Positions 19,901 to 28,575 of a stretch of DNA of 55,585 nt are shown here, in pieces. Numbering within the stretch: position 1 is the stretch's first letter; every line of letters starts with the position of its first letter. The notes beneath the pieces are model-generated. The model ran no database searches and had not been told where the DNA came from. It saw only the letters and a list, made by a program, of their open reading frames with translations. The position numbers and the translations under genes were made by a program. Origin of the DNA: Eubacteriales bacterium (GTDB lineage: Bacteria; Bacillota; Clostridia; Oscillospirales; CAG-272); assembly GCA_045631745.1 (NCBI GenBank), contig JAZQVI010000001.1, forward strand, positions 1 through 55,585, written 5' to 3'.

Positions 19901-20645
19901 TTATCCTTTAGAGCAATTCCGCGAATACCCCACCAAGCTTGCGGCATCCAAGCTTTCCTCGGATTTGTTAGATCACATCAGTGACACTTCCGAGGACGAA
20001 GCCGCCCTGGAGGAGCAAATTCATTTGTTGAGCGGCCCTGCCCCGACTTTTGAAACCCTGCTTGGAAAACAAAAGACGGCAACCGCTGCAGATATCGGAA
20101 CTGCAACGCACGCCTTCTTGGAATTCTGCGACTTTGAGAATTTTTCCTCAGCAGGCATCGATGCTGAAATTTTACGCCTGATCGAAAAGCGCTTCCTTTC
20201 TCCCGAAACAGCCGATTTGATCAATCGCGATCAGTTGAATCTTTTTTTGAAGAGCCGTGTCATGAAATGGATTTTGGACGCGGAGAAGATTTACAAAGAG
20301 CAACAGTTCAATCTTTCCGTTCCGCTCTCCGCCCTCACCGCCTCGAAGGAAAAGCAAACGGATCCCCTTTATCAAAACGAAACGGTATTGGTTCAAGGAT
20401 CGATCGACCTGTTGCTTCGCATGAAGGACGGTCGACTGCTGCTCATTGACTACAAGACCGATCACGTTTTCCCGGCCGAGCGAAAGGACTTCTCGCTGTT
20501 GCAAAAGAGCATGACTGAAAAACACGTCAATCAGCTTTCCTGCTATGCACTGGCAGTGAAAAGGATGTTTGGAAGAATTCCGAACGCTTCCTATATCTAC
20601 TCTCTGCCCCTTGGAACGGAAATTCCGATCGAGGTAGAAGCATAA
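16983..20645 (+). CDS. addA: ATP-dependent helicase/nuclease subunit A
   Basis: SAAAGSGKT, TFTRAAA, DEYQD, VGDIKQSIYGFR, HTSKGLEYP, YVALTRAR, GSIDLL..IDYKTD. Confidence 0.95.
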   Translation: MADRTWTPSQESAMNIRNKMLLVSAAAGSGKTSVLTERIIRLLTDKDSPADLSRILVVTFTRAAAAELKARISSALTAALAERPGDPHLSKQLFLLGSAQISTIDSFFQKAVRDNFEQLDIPAAFRLADQAEANEICLRVLDETIQELYARHGQKPASEDDPFSHLADNRFAHAMDDLLGNRSNADFDETLLLFYKKFASFPVGVTMLKDYAEKLRNSVELDFMESLAGASLRRYLLQACDYFLAHLQDTGDFLETDPDCKNCFGGVHEYDTSFFKSLQRDLSAGKTYDRIKGTVSGYQKIRFPSMRAKPAEMDFYKDLRTEIKKTIDDWNTRFFAYSNDEIRTQILRNAELCEMLYQLFAEYESRVWEEKKRRGILEFDDVRACLYRLLVLPSGTPSPFAESLSEQYDAVYIDEYQDVDFMQDQIFALIGKNRRFMVGDIKQSIYGFRGSEPTIFTGYRKSMPRHTEETAKDADAVCVFMSDNFRCNRPIIEYANLVCAFLFSGCEESVGYRPEDDLRFGKGRNEALPAAIPVQTVVFEGYPRRKAGDDTQDEERPNREAVWVASEIARLIREEKLDNGERISPSDITILVRNANQGIPFLDELKKIGIPVSAAVGDDIANSPLMTDLLNLLRAIDNPHRDLPLSEYLLSQSGGFTLEELDLIRQICSDQYSLYDALCQASKLEDFPYQTKCAKWVAWLEGFQKLAAVQPADRFLRLLYADPSLIAYSASTELLVLYEYARSYQRNAWCGLFGFLQYFERLIEGNHVSCGGFRAPDSSVRVMTMHTSKGLEYPVVFLCSCEKRFNTKSLEENLLFHRKFPCASRCFNPATSDNDSGILREVAKLEIQAEEAEENIRLLYVALTRARERLYVTGTPDGNYDNLMSSARRILRDSGYSILYYGNFLRWILAALQQKENKNAEFPCTFRHIPLSEEVKAGASQETTSTDVQTPTPMSGAISEKYSAILEKQNTFVYPLEQFREYPTKLAASKLSSDLLDHISDTSEDEAALEEQIHLLSGPAPTFETLLGKQKTATAADIGTATHAFLEFCDFENFSSAGIDAEILRLIEKRFLSPETADLINRDQLNLFLKSRVMKWILDAEKIYKEQQFNLSVPLSALTASKEKQTDPLYQNETVLVQGSIDLLLRMKDGRLLLIDYKTDHVFPAERKDFSLLQKSMTEKHVNQLSCYALAVKRMFGRIPNASYIYSLPLGTEIPIEVEA

Positions 20646-20694
20646 ACATTTATTGAATGAGCTGCGGCTTGATTCGTCTTTTTGCATTTTTCTA

Positions 20695-20723
20695 TTGACA
20701 TCCCTTCCAAAATCCTGTATAAT
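20695..20723 (+). promoter_or_regulatory. Consensus sigmaA promoter
   Basis: TTGACA-17-TATAAT upstream of permease. Confidence 0.8.
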
Positions 20724-20757
20724 GTGTGGGTTGTCATAAAATAGAAGGAGAGATAAG

Positions 20758-21915
20758 ATGAATCGCACCGTAGCTCATTTTCTTCGCACACATCTGCCGC
20801 GCCTTCACGTCGGCGATTTCCTTGCGTTTCTAAAAAAGAACATCGTTTTATGTATTGCATTTTCTCTGGCGGTCGTGACATCTCTGATTGTGCCTCCTGA
20901 CGCCGCATACGCCGATTACTTTGATTGGAAAACACTTGCGTGTCTTTTTTCTGTTCTTGCGGTCGTTTGCGCGCTGAAAAACATTCGATTCTTCACGATT
21001 TTAGCGCGCAAGATCGTAAGCCTGACCGGAAACCTGCGTGTCGCAGTCATCGCGCTGATCTACATCACATTCATCGGCTCAATGCTGATTGCAAACGATA
21101 TGGCACTTCTGACCTTTTTGCCGCTTGGATATTATGTCCTGCACGCGACTGATAACGAGCGCTATATGGCACCTGTCTTCATTCTGCAAAACATCGCTGC
21201 AAACCTTGGCGGAATGCTCACCCCCTTTGGCAATCCGCAAAACCTTTACATATACTCCTATTTCAACATTCCTACAGTGGAATTTATGCAGATCATGCTC
21301 CCGGCTTTTCTTCTGGCGATCACATTGATCACAGTATGCTGCCTCTTTTTCCCCGCTCGCTCGATTGAACTCACCGAGAAAACAACAAACCGTTTGCCCT
21401 CAAAGAGAACAATCTTTTATCTTGCATTGTTCGCCATTTCCATCATTATGGTTTTTCGGGTGCTTCCCTATTGGATCGGACTGATCATGGTCGCAATCGG
21501 AATTGGACTGACAGACCGCAAGGCTTTGAAAGCGGTAGACTATCCCCTTTTGCTCACCTTCTTCTGCTTCTTTATTTTTGCAGGAAATATGTCAAGAATC
21601 CCTCTCATCAATCAAATGATGACCGCGTGGATGGAGAAAAATCCCCTTTTAGTCAGCATCGGATCCTGCCAGGTAATCAGTAACGTTCCGTCTGCCATCT
21701 TGCTTTCTCGCTTTACGGGAGATTATCGCAGTCTGCTTTTGGGCGTGAACATCGGCGGAACAGGAACATTGATCGCCTCGCTGGCAAGCCTGATCACCTT
21801 CCGTGAATATACCTCCCACAACCCCGGGAAGGCCGGAAAATATATCGCCCTATTTTCTGCTTACAACTTTGCATTTTTGATCGTTTTAACGCTCTTTTCT
21901 CTTTTCATACTTTAA
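20758..21915 (+). CDS. IT-superfamily anion/dicarboxylate permease (CitMHS/ArsB/YbiR-like)
   Basis: About 10 TM helices; ANDMALLTF, AANLGGMLTPFGNPQNL, SNVPSA, NIGGTGTLIASLASL. Confidence 0.85.
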   Translation: MNRTVAHFLRTHLPRLHVGDFLAFLKKNIVLCIAFSLAVVTSLIVPPDAAYADYFDWKTLACLFSVLAVVCALKNIRFFTILARKIVSLTGNLRVAVIALIYITFIGSMLIANDMALLTFLPLGYYVLHATDNERYMAPVFILQNIAANLGGMLTPFGNPQNLYIYSYFNIPTVEFMQIMLPAFLLAITLITVCCLFFPARSIELTEKTTNRLPSKRTIFYLALFAISIIMVFRVLPYWIGLIMVAIGIGLTDRKALKAVDYPLLLTFFCFFIFAGNMSRIPLINQMMTAWMEKNPLLVSIGSCQVISNVPSAILLSRFTGDYRSLLLGVNIGGTGTLIASLASLITFREYTSHNPGKAGKYIALFSAYNFAFLIVLTLFSLFIL

Positions 21916-21962
21916 CAAACAAGAAGAAGGCTCTGCATTAGCAGAGCCTTCTTCTTGTTTGT
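21915..21962. terminator. Bidirectional terminator
   Basis: Perfect 22-bp inverted repeat ACAAACAAGAAGAAGGCTCTGC-atta-GCAGAGCCTTCTTCTTGTTTGT between convergent genes. Confidence 0.85.
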
Positions 21963-21971
21963 CAACTGAAT

Positions 21972-22787
21972 TTACTTTCTTCTCAAGCGACCAACCACGC
22001 GCCCCTTGCACTGGATGTCGGAAAAATCCTTGAGCATGATCGGTCCGTATTCCTCGTTGAGAGAGATCAAACGGTCACCGCCATACTGCTTGAAGAATCC
22101 GCAACCGTCAAGCAGGAAAATTCCCAATTCGCCAATTTCCACACTGTCTGCGTGCTGTACAAGCAGAATATCTCCGTCGTGATACTTGGGCTCCATACTG
22201 TTTCCGCTGATCCGCAGAGCATAGTCCGCCTCAGCCGTTCGATCGCCTCCGGGGATGGTGATCGTCTCTGCTTGAGAATCATCCAGATAAACGCCGACGC
22301 CGGCAGACACAGGCAGATCGTACAAGAATACCGTTCTTTTTTTATCCGCCACACGTTCGCCAACATATCTTCCAACGCGATTGATCGGGCGCAGAATTTT
22401 TGCATTGGCAACAGATGCCGAATCATCCTCGCCTTCGGTTACAGAATCGGAAAGCTCCGCAACTCTTTCGGATGCCTTTTCCAAAACCGCCGCAACAAGC
22501 TCCTGTCCCCAGCGATCAAGACGTCTGTAGGACTCCACAAAGTCAATCTCGTCAGCAGACAAGGTATAGTTGTTTGTGTTGTCGGGATTTCCCGTCACGA
22601 TATACTCTACAGAACATTCGAGCGCATTGCAAATTGCTACAATATTCGAAAGTTTTGGGGATTCATTCATTCCCGCCAACAGCTTGCTCAGCGTTCCAAG
22701 AGGAATCCCCGAGCGTTCGGATAAAAGCTCGTTTGTTAACTTTTTCTGACTTTTCAAACTCTTGATTCGATCGATGTAGGTTTCCAT
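21972..22787 (-). CDS. XRE HTH + S24 peptidase autocleaving transcriptional repressor (CI/LexA-like)
   Basis: N-terminal HTH (LSERSGIPLGTLSKLL), VSAG cleavage site, catalytic GNSMEP Ser and FFKQ Lys. Confidence 0.88.
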   Translation of the reverse strand: METYIDRIKSLKSQKKLTNELLSERSGIPLGTLSKLLAGMNESPKLSNIVAICNALECSVEYIVTGNPDNTNNYTLSADEIDFVESYRRLDRWGQELVAAVLEKASERVAELSDSVTEGEDDSASVANAKILRPINRVGRYVGERVADKKRTVFLYDLPVSAGVGVYLDDSQAETITIPGGDRTAEADYALRISGNSMEPKYHDGDILLVQHADSVEIGELGIFLLDGCGFFKQYGGDRLISLNEEYGPIMLKDFSDIQCKGRVVGRLRRK

Positions 22788-22820
22788 GATTCAACCTCCG
22801 TTTTTTCCGTTTGTGGTATT

Positions 22821-22918
22821 ATTATAACACACAATTTTGCGTTTGTAAATAGGTTTTGAAATATTTTTTCTTTTTTTGGAAAAAACCTATTGACATTCGC
22901 CTTTTTGTCTGTTATAAT
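22821..22918. promoter_or_regulatory. Back-to-back sigmaA promoters
   Basis: Plus: TTGACA(22890)-17-TATAAT(22913); minus: TTTACA-17-TATAAT (22849-22821); both have a TG extended -10. Confidence 0.8.
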
Positions 22919-22960
22919 AAACCCATAAGAGTTCCACTTTTGGTATTAGGAGGCGTGATT

Positions 22961-23290
22961 ATGAATAAGACATATGAAATATCGAGAGGGATTTGTTCCG
23001 GTACAGGAATTTACGACGCTTTTTATGAGCAAATCGCTGCGCCTGCATTTAAGAGAAAAAATCGATCCTATAAATGGATTGAGGGCATCAAATCCATCCA
23101 TCAGACACTCACCGGAGCCACTGCAATCAGACTGGCAAAGGCAATGGGTGCAACGCTGTCCTTGCTTGGAATTGTAGGAATTGCCGGCGGGATTCAGCAG
23201 AATCGGATTTCTCTGCTTGGCGGACTTGCTGTTGCTGCGCTCCTTCTTGCATCTGAGTTTTTATGTCTGAAGGGGTTGGAAAGAAACTGA
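22961..23290 (+). CDS. Small hypothetical membrane protein (two C-terminal hydrophobic segments)
   Basis: AGGAGG RBS and consensus promoter; LSLLGIVGIAGGI and LLGGLAVAALLLA hydrophobic stretches. Confidence 0.7.
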   Translation: MNKTYEISRGICSGTGIYDAFYEQIAAPAFKRKNRSYKWIEGIKSIHQTLTGATAIRLAKAMGATLSLLGIVGIAGGIQQNRISLLGGLAVAALLLASEFLCLKGLERN

Positions 23291-23299
23291 TTCGTTTTC

Positions 23300-24349
23300 T
23301 CAATCCGCTTTGATCAGCTCAGACAAAACGATGCCAACCAGTTTGGCGGAACGAATTGCTTCCTGTTGCGAATTCCCTGCAGAACCAATTTCAAGAAGCA
23401 GAGCGTTGGGGGCAAGTTCTTGATTATAGGAGGCGTTTCGCAGAGAAATCGGACGGCAGACCTGTTCTACCAGGCGCTCAAGCCCCTCATTTAAACGAAT
23501 TGCCAAGGCAAGGTTGGTTTGCCAGTTGGGACACTCCGTCCCGTTTCCGTCGGTTCCCACAACTGCCATGACCTGTCCGTAAGCCGTTCCCTCATAGTTT
23601 GTAACGGTTCGGACGAGTGCCCCATCTTCACCCACGATTCCGTCTCGGTGCAGGTCTATTACATATTGAATGCTCGGGTACTTCGTCCGATATTCCTCTA
23701 TGCAAGCGGCTGCGCCTTGATAAGATTTTTGAAGTGTTCCGTTTTTTCCATGTTGATCGATACATTGAATTGCAAAAATACCATTCTGATTTAATGTATC
23801 GCACAAGGCCGTTCCAACCGCAATTACTGACCGATCCTCATTGATTGAATAAATTTCACGACCTATATTCCCTGTCAGATACGAGGTCTGCGGCGGCAGA
23901 TACGCTTCTGACGCATGTGTGTGCAAAATCAGAACAAGCGGTCCATTACTGTTTGAATCAGTAATCGACTGCTTGTTTTTTATTTCATCAATATTGGGAC
24001 GATACGCCGTTTCGTTCTGCAGCATTGAAAGTTGATTGCCTTTAAAGGACAGATCTAAGGAGAGGATCGAGGTAGCCCCCTCCGGAATAGGAACCGCCTG
24101 ATCGGCGGCGTCATCGGAATCTTCGGTGATTCCCGCGCCGGGGAGTTGTTCCTTGTTTGTAGGAGGATCGTCTTCTGCTCCTCCAAACAACCCTTTGCGG
24201 TTAAACCACACACCGCTCGCGGCAAAAGCGGCGATCAAAATTGCAATACACGTCAAAAAAGCAAAGAAACGCGTCAATGACCGCTTGTAAACCTTACCGA
24301 AATGAATGGCCTCGCGTGGCGATGTCAGTTGTCCTTGCGTATTTTCCAT
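23300..24349 (-). CDS. spoIIP: Stage II sporulation protein P
   Basis: TM anchor, LILHTHASEAY, IDLHRDG, YNQEL..ALLLEIGS; downstream of gpr. Confidence 0.9.
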   Translation of the reverse strand: MENTQGQLTSPREAIHFGKVYKRSLTRFFAFLTCIAILIAAFAASGVWFNRKGLFGGAEDDPPTNKEQLPGAGITEDSDDAADQAVPIPEGATSILSLDLSFKGNQLSMLQNETAYRPNIDEIKNKQSITDSNSNGPLVLILHTHASEAYLPPQTSYLTGNIGREIYSINEDRSVIAVGTALCDTLNQNGIFAIQCIDQHGKNGTLQKSYQGAAACIEEYRTKYPSIQYVIDLHRDGIVGEDGALVRTVTNYEGTAYGQVMAVVGTDGNGTECPNWQTNLALAIRLNEGLERLVEQVCRPISLRNASYNQELAPNALLLEIGSAGNSQQEAIRSAKLVGIVLSELIKAD

Positions 24350-24389
24350 ATTCCGTTCCTCCTCTTTTTGAGGTTTGATCAAACACTCT

Positions 24390-24418
24390 ATCATATGAGC
24401 AGAATACGAAAAACATTC
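24390..24418 (-). promoter_or_regulatory. Possible sigmaE-type promoter of spoIIP
   Basis: GAATGTT-14-CATATGAT on minus strand. Confidence 0.45.
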
Positions 24419-24422
24419 CTCT

Positions 24423-25319
24423 TTAAAAGGGCAACTCTCCGACAAAAGCAAGCTCGATCGCCTTGGAAATCAGCTTGGAAAAATGCGAAACAATAACATC
24501 GCTTTCCTTAGGCGAAACAAAAAAGCTGCGCCCGTTTTCCAGCACTTTTCGTAAAAAGCCATCTGTTTCGCCAATGTTTGCGGTTCTCAAAGCATCATAA
24601 ACCAGGGTTGAGGACTCTACCACAGTCGGAACACCGATGGAAATCACAGGAACACCAATCGTCTCCTGCGTGATCGCGCGTCGATGGTTCCCAACCCCAC
24701 TTCCGGGCACAATTCCAACATTAGAAAGCTGAACGGTCGTGGCAAGTCGGTCGCAGCACCCTGCCGCCAGAGCATCAATAACCAGAATCAGATCCGGATG
24801 GACCGCACCTGCCGCGTTTCGTATCATTTCCAACGTTTCAATCCCTGTTTGCCCCAACACCCCCGGGGAAAGGATGGCCAGAGAGGAGCACCCGAGCGCC
24901 AGATACAGATCCGGTTCATATTCCTTCAGATGCCTGGTTGCAGTGAGCTTTGAAACCGTCATTGGCCCGATGGCGTCTGCCGTCAATTCTGAATTTCCCA
25001 GTCCGACGGCAAGCACACATAGCTCTGAGTCTCGCACGCGTCCCAGCAAGCGCGCGGTCAAACCGTGAAGCTCCCCTGCAAGGATTTCAACAAATCGCTC
25101 ACTTTCATCGTGTGCCAAATACTGAACGCTTCCACACTCAACCGTGATATACTCCCCAAGCGGTTTTCCAAGCTTCTCTGCCGCTTCCTCTCCAAAGATA
25201 AGCGTTCGATGGATCTTACACCCGCCAAAGGTTTGCGTGGCATGTTCCACTCCGTCCATGCTGCCGCTAATTTGTTCGAGACTCTCTGCTGCAAGATCTG
25301 TCCTGTAATAGTGATTCAT
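24423..25319 (-). CDS. gpr: Germination protease GPR
   Basis: RTDLAAE propeptide site, GLGN..LTADAIGP, PGVLGQTGIET, IDALAA, PGSGVGNHR, GVPTVV. Confidence 0.93.
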   Translation of the reverse strand: MNHYYRTDLAAESLEQISGSMDGVEHATQTFGGCKIHRTLIFGEEAAEKLGKPLGEYITVECGSVQYLAHDESERFVEILAGELHGLTARLLGRVRDSELCVLAVGLGNSELTADAIGPMTVSKLTATRHLKEYEPDLYLALGCSSLAILSPGVLGQTGIETLEMIRNAAGAVHPDLILVIDALAAGCCDRLATTVQLSNVGIVPGSGVGNHRRAITQETIGVPVISIGVPTVVESSTLVYDALRTANIGETDGFLRKVLENGRSFFVSPKESDVIVSHFSKLISKAIELAFVGELPF

Positions 25320-25400
25320 CTTGAGAACTCCTTTTTTCATCTAAAGCGATGTAACGTCAAAATTGTTAACAAAATATACATCAAAATATTTCAGAAGGTA

Positions 25401-25429
25401 TTGAAATCTCATAGAAAATATTGTATAAT
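25401..25429 (+). promoter_or_regulatory. sigmaA-type promoter of OppA-like gene
   Basis: TTGAAA-17-TATAAT. Confidence 0.6.
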
Positions 25430-25498
25430 ATATAAGAAGTTATGGCGCTTTTGTGCCGATTTAGATTTTTTCTTAGTTCAAGGAGGTCTTTTCAACTT

Positions 25499-28183
25499 AT
25501 GACAAAGCGGATTTTGGCTCTAACACTCTGTCTCGTTATGCTCTGTGCCCCTCTCTTCGGATGTGGCAAAAGTGAAAACGAGGATCCCGGAGCATACATC
25601 ACGATGTATCTCACGGATGAAATCTATGACTTTGACCCTGCGGCTATCTACTACAATACCGATGCGGTCAACGTTATGAGTTTGATGTATGACACATTGT
25701 TCAAGCTCGATGAAAATGGCAAGGTGAAAAAATCCTTGGTCGAAAGTTACGAGATCATTGAAGATTCCGATAAAAACGAATATTACATCGAGTTCACCTT
25801 GAAGGAAGCATACTGGAGCACCAAGGACCAGATCACCGCCGAGCACGTCGTGTTCGCTTGGAAGCGTCTGGTTGACTTCCGGAACAATTATGAGGCTGCA
25901 TCCCTTCTCTTCGACGTAAAGAATGCCCGTGCCATTAAAGAGGGTGACATTACCGTTGATGCCCTGGGAGTTGAGGCAGTCGGAGACCGCGTTGTAAAGG
26001 TTTCCTTTGAAAAGCCGATTGATTACGATCGATTCCTTCTGAATCTGACAAGCATCGCAACCGCACCTCTCCATGAGCGTTACCTTTCTCTTGGCGAGGA
26101 TTGGGCAAAGAAAGGCAGCACGATGCCGACCAGCGGCCCCTTCAAGCTTGGTAAGTTTATCTTCTCTGAAGTCGGAAAGAATGTTTCCGATGACAATGCA
26201 GTCAACGAGTTGGGAGAGACTGTTGTAAAATCGAGCAAGGCAAAGAAGATCTCCACCTTCTATCTGGAGCGCAATCAGTGCTACTATCGCGACTTTGAAC
26301 GCGACAAGCTCACAAAGTCTGTAAAGCCCTACCGCCTGCTTGTGGATTGCACCAAGACCGACGAAGAAATTCTGGACGACTACAAGAACGGAAAGCTTTT
26401 CTACATTGGAAACATTCCGTTGTCTCTCCGTACAGGCGATAACGCAGAGTTTATCAAGAAAGAAGCAGAGATTTCCAATGCGCTTTCCACCTTTGCCGTT
26501 CAGTTGAATGAGAACGCGCTCATCAGCGATGGCGGAACCGGAACCTATCTGTTTGCAAATCCTACCGTTCGCAAGGCACTCTCCTTGGCGATCGACCGCG
26601 ATGCAATCGCTAAGGCTGTTGTTTTTGCGGAAGCGGCAAACGCATTCGTCCCCAACGGCGTCTTTGATACCGGAAGAAAGGATGAGTTCCGCACCAGCAA
26701 GCAGGCAACCGCATTGCTTGCAACCTCCGCAAACGTTGAGGAAGCAAAGAGTCTGCTCTCCTCGGCAGGAATCAAGCCCTCCAAGTATTCCTTCACCGTA
26801 AAGGTTGCAGCGCATGATGAGGTTCACGTTGAGATGGTCAAGATGATCTGCGCTTCTTGGGCAGAACTTGGATTTGATGTTGAACCCGAGCTGGTTTACC
26901 CGATCGAGAACAATGACTACTCCGTTCAGTACGAGAGCGTTCCGACCGATTTGTGCGATGATCTGTTTGTAGAAGCAGTTCAGCTCGGAAAGTTTGAAGC
27001 AATCGCACTGGACATCAACGCCTTCACTGCAGATGCTTACTCCATGCTTTCCAACTATGCTTACGCATTCTCCGGTGGAATCTATGCAGATGCCGTTGGT
27101 GAGGTGTACGAGTACGATACGCACATCACGGGATACAATAGCGTTCGATACAATATCATGATGGAGGCTATCTACTATATTCCCTATTTTGCCTCTGTTG
27201 ATACGTCTGGATCCGATTATCTCTCCACACATTTGAACACCAAGCCTTACGAGATGTCTGCAAACGCAACAAAGAGAAAGCTTGAAACCTCTGCGGCTGC
27301 GGTTAAGACTGCTCTTGATGCAGAAGCGAAAGTGCTGGGTGCAGTAAAAGAAATTGCTGACAATGTTGAAAGATATGACACACTCGCGAAAGTTCCCGAG
27401 TTCCTCAGCGAGCAGTTATCTGCACTCCTCGTTGCAGGTAAGCTGGCAAGCAAGGATGTTGTATCTGCAAGTGCATCTAAAGATTTGACGACCGCTGCAC
27501 AAAATGCATGTGATAGCGTCGCGGCTGCTGCTTCTACCGCTCAAAACAAGATTGCAGATCTTGAAAAGGCAGTTAAAACGCTGAAGGATGCCACCGACAC
27601 CTTGACCAAAGAGAACCAGAACTACAATAAGGTCATAAATGATGAGAAAAACGGAAAGGCTACTGCAGATGAAGTAGCTGCAGCAAAAACAAAGCTTGAT
27701 AATGCTACCACAGCTTACAATGAAGCACTTGATGCGGTAATCAATGGTGCAACCGGTATCATTGGCTCTGCTACTGAAGCGTTGACTGCTGCAGATACTG
27801 CAGTCGCTGCACTGGATGCTGTTAAGAATGGAACCAGCAAGAAGACCTTGAAGAACGAGATCGAGGAGATCTATGCTGCAAACGGCATTACCCCCTCTAC
27901 CAAGGAATCTGACTGGAGCAAGCAGAAATCTACCCTGCTCCACAAGGCTGAGGAAATTCTGATGGAGGATCTCCCTGTGATCCCCGTTGTCTACAACCAG
28001 AACGCAGTTCTGATTCACAAGGATCTTTCCAGAGTACGTGCGACCTACTATGTACCTGCAACCTTCCAGAAGACGAAGCTTAAGAAGTACAAGAAGTACG
28101 TTTACTACAACAGCGAGACCGAAAAGACAGAATCCATCTTCAAATCCTTCCCCGACATTAAGTGGGACGAAATAGAAGGCTGA
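25499..28183 (+). CDS. OppA-like (SBP family 5) ABC substrate-binding lipoprotein with large helical insertion
   Basis: Lipobox LFGC; FDPA, LMYDTLF, FTLKEAYWS, SGPFKL, VRKALSLAIDR, AEEILMEDLPVIPV; start ATG 25499 after AGGAGG. Confidence 0.82.
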   Translation: MTKRILALTLCLVMLCAPLFGCGKSENEDPGAYITMYLTDEIYDFDPAAIYYNTDAVNVMSLMYDTLFKLDENGKVKKSLVESYEIIEDSDKNEYYIEFTLKEAYWSTKDQITAEHVVFAWKRLVDFRNNYEAASLLFDVKNARAIKEGDITVDALGVEAVGDRVVKVSFEKPIDYDRFLLNLTSIATAPLHERYLSLGEDWAKKGSTMPTSGPFKLGKFIFSEVGKNVSDDNAVNELGETVVKSSKAKKISTFYLERNQCYYRDFERDKLTKSVKPYRLLVDCTKTDEEILDDYKNGKLFYIGNIPLSLRTGDNAEFIKKEAEISNALSTFAVQLNENALISDGGTGTYLFANPTVRKALSLAIDRDAIAKAVVFAEAANAFVPNGVFDTGRKDEFRTSKQATALLATSANVEEAKSLLSSAGIKPSKYSFTVKVAAHDEVHVEMVKMICASWAELGFDVEPELVYPIENNDYSVQYESVPTDLCDDLFVEAVQLGKFEAIALDINAFTADAYSMLSNYAYAFSGGIYADAVGEVYEYDTHITGYNSVRYNIMMEAIYYIPYFASVDTSGSDYLSTHLNTKPYEMSANATKRKLETSAAAVKTALDAEAKVLGAVKEIADNVERYDTLAKVPEFLSEQLSALLVAGKLASKDVVSASASKDLTTAAQNACDSVAAAASTAQNKIADLEKAVKTLKDATDTLTKENQNYNKVINDEKNGKATADEVAAAKTKLDNATTAYNEALDAVINGATGIIGSATEALTAADTAVAALDAVKNGTSKKTLKNEIEEIYAANGITPSTKESDWSKQKSTLLHKAEEILMEDLPVIPVVYNQNAVLIHKDLSRVRATYYVPATFQKTKLKKYKKYVYYNSETEKTESIFKSFPDIKWDEIEG

Positions 28184-28198
28184 TTCCAAAACACTTCC

Positions 28199-28233
28199 AT
28201 CTTCCCCTGCACCATGCAGGGGAAGATTTTTTT
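28199..28233 (+). terminator. Intrinsic terminator
   Basis: ATCTTCCCCTGCA-cca-TGCAGGGGAAGAT followed by T tract. Confidence 0.85.
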
Positions 28234-28304
28234 GAAACAAATCAAATATTTTTTAAGAAACCTATTGAAAAAATTCTACCTTTATGTTATAATATATCAT
28301 CATG

Positions 28305-28549
28305 CGATGATGAAGTCAGCAATTCTGCAAAAAGATATTCCAGAGAGCGTCGGCAAGGCTGAAACCGATGTATATCCGGCAGAGGACGCATTTCCCTTCG
28401 GAGCATACCGAATGAATCCAAAGTAGTTTGGTACGGCCCGGCACCGTTATCCGCCGAAAAAAGTGTTGGCTTTTTTTGCCGAAAACTCGGGTGGTACCGC
28501 GGGGTGCATTGCGTCTCGTCCTGACATTGGGACGGGGCTTTTTTATTTT
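28305..28549 (+). promoter_or_regulatory. T-box riboswitch (Phe) upstream of pheST
   Basis: Stem I AGAGAG and GCTGAAA motifs, TTC specifier codon at ~28392, T-box GGGTGGTACCGCG at 28489-28501, terminator GTCTCGTCC..GGGACGGGGC-TTTTTT. Confidence 0.9.
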
Positions 28550-28575
28550 GAATCTTATTCAGAAAGGATATAAAA

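Noticed and set aside
13887-20645. Helicase-nuclease pair as an anti-phage system
   Set aside because: Size, order and motifs are canonical AddAB recombination repair
21915-21962. Long perfect inverted repeats (also 495-536 and 32021-32063) as MITE or REP elements
   Set aside because: Sequences are unrelated to each other and all lie between convergent stop codons, as bidirectional terminators do
21972-23290. Prophage remnant around the CI-like repressor
   Set aside because: No integrase, Cro-like HTH, att sites or structural genes; flanked by host genes
25520-28240. 570-aa and 274-aa minus-strand ORFs
   Set aside because: Antisense to the OppA-like gene with no recognisable domain
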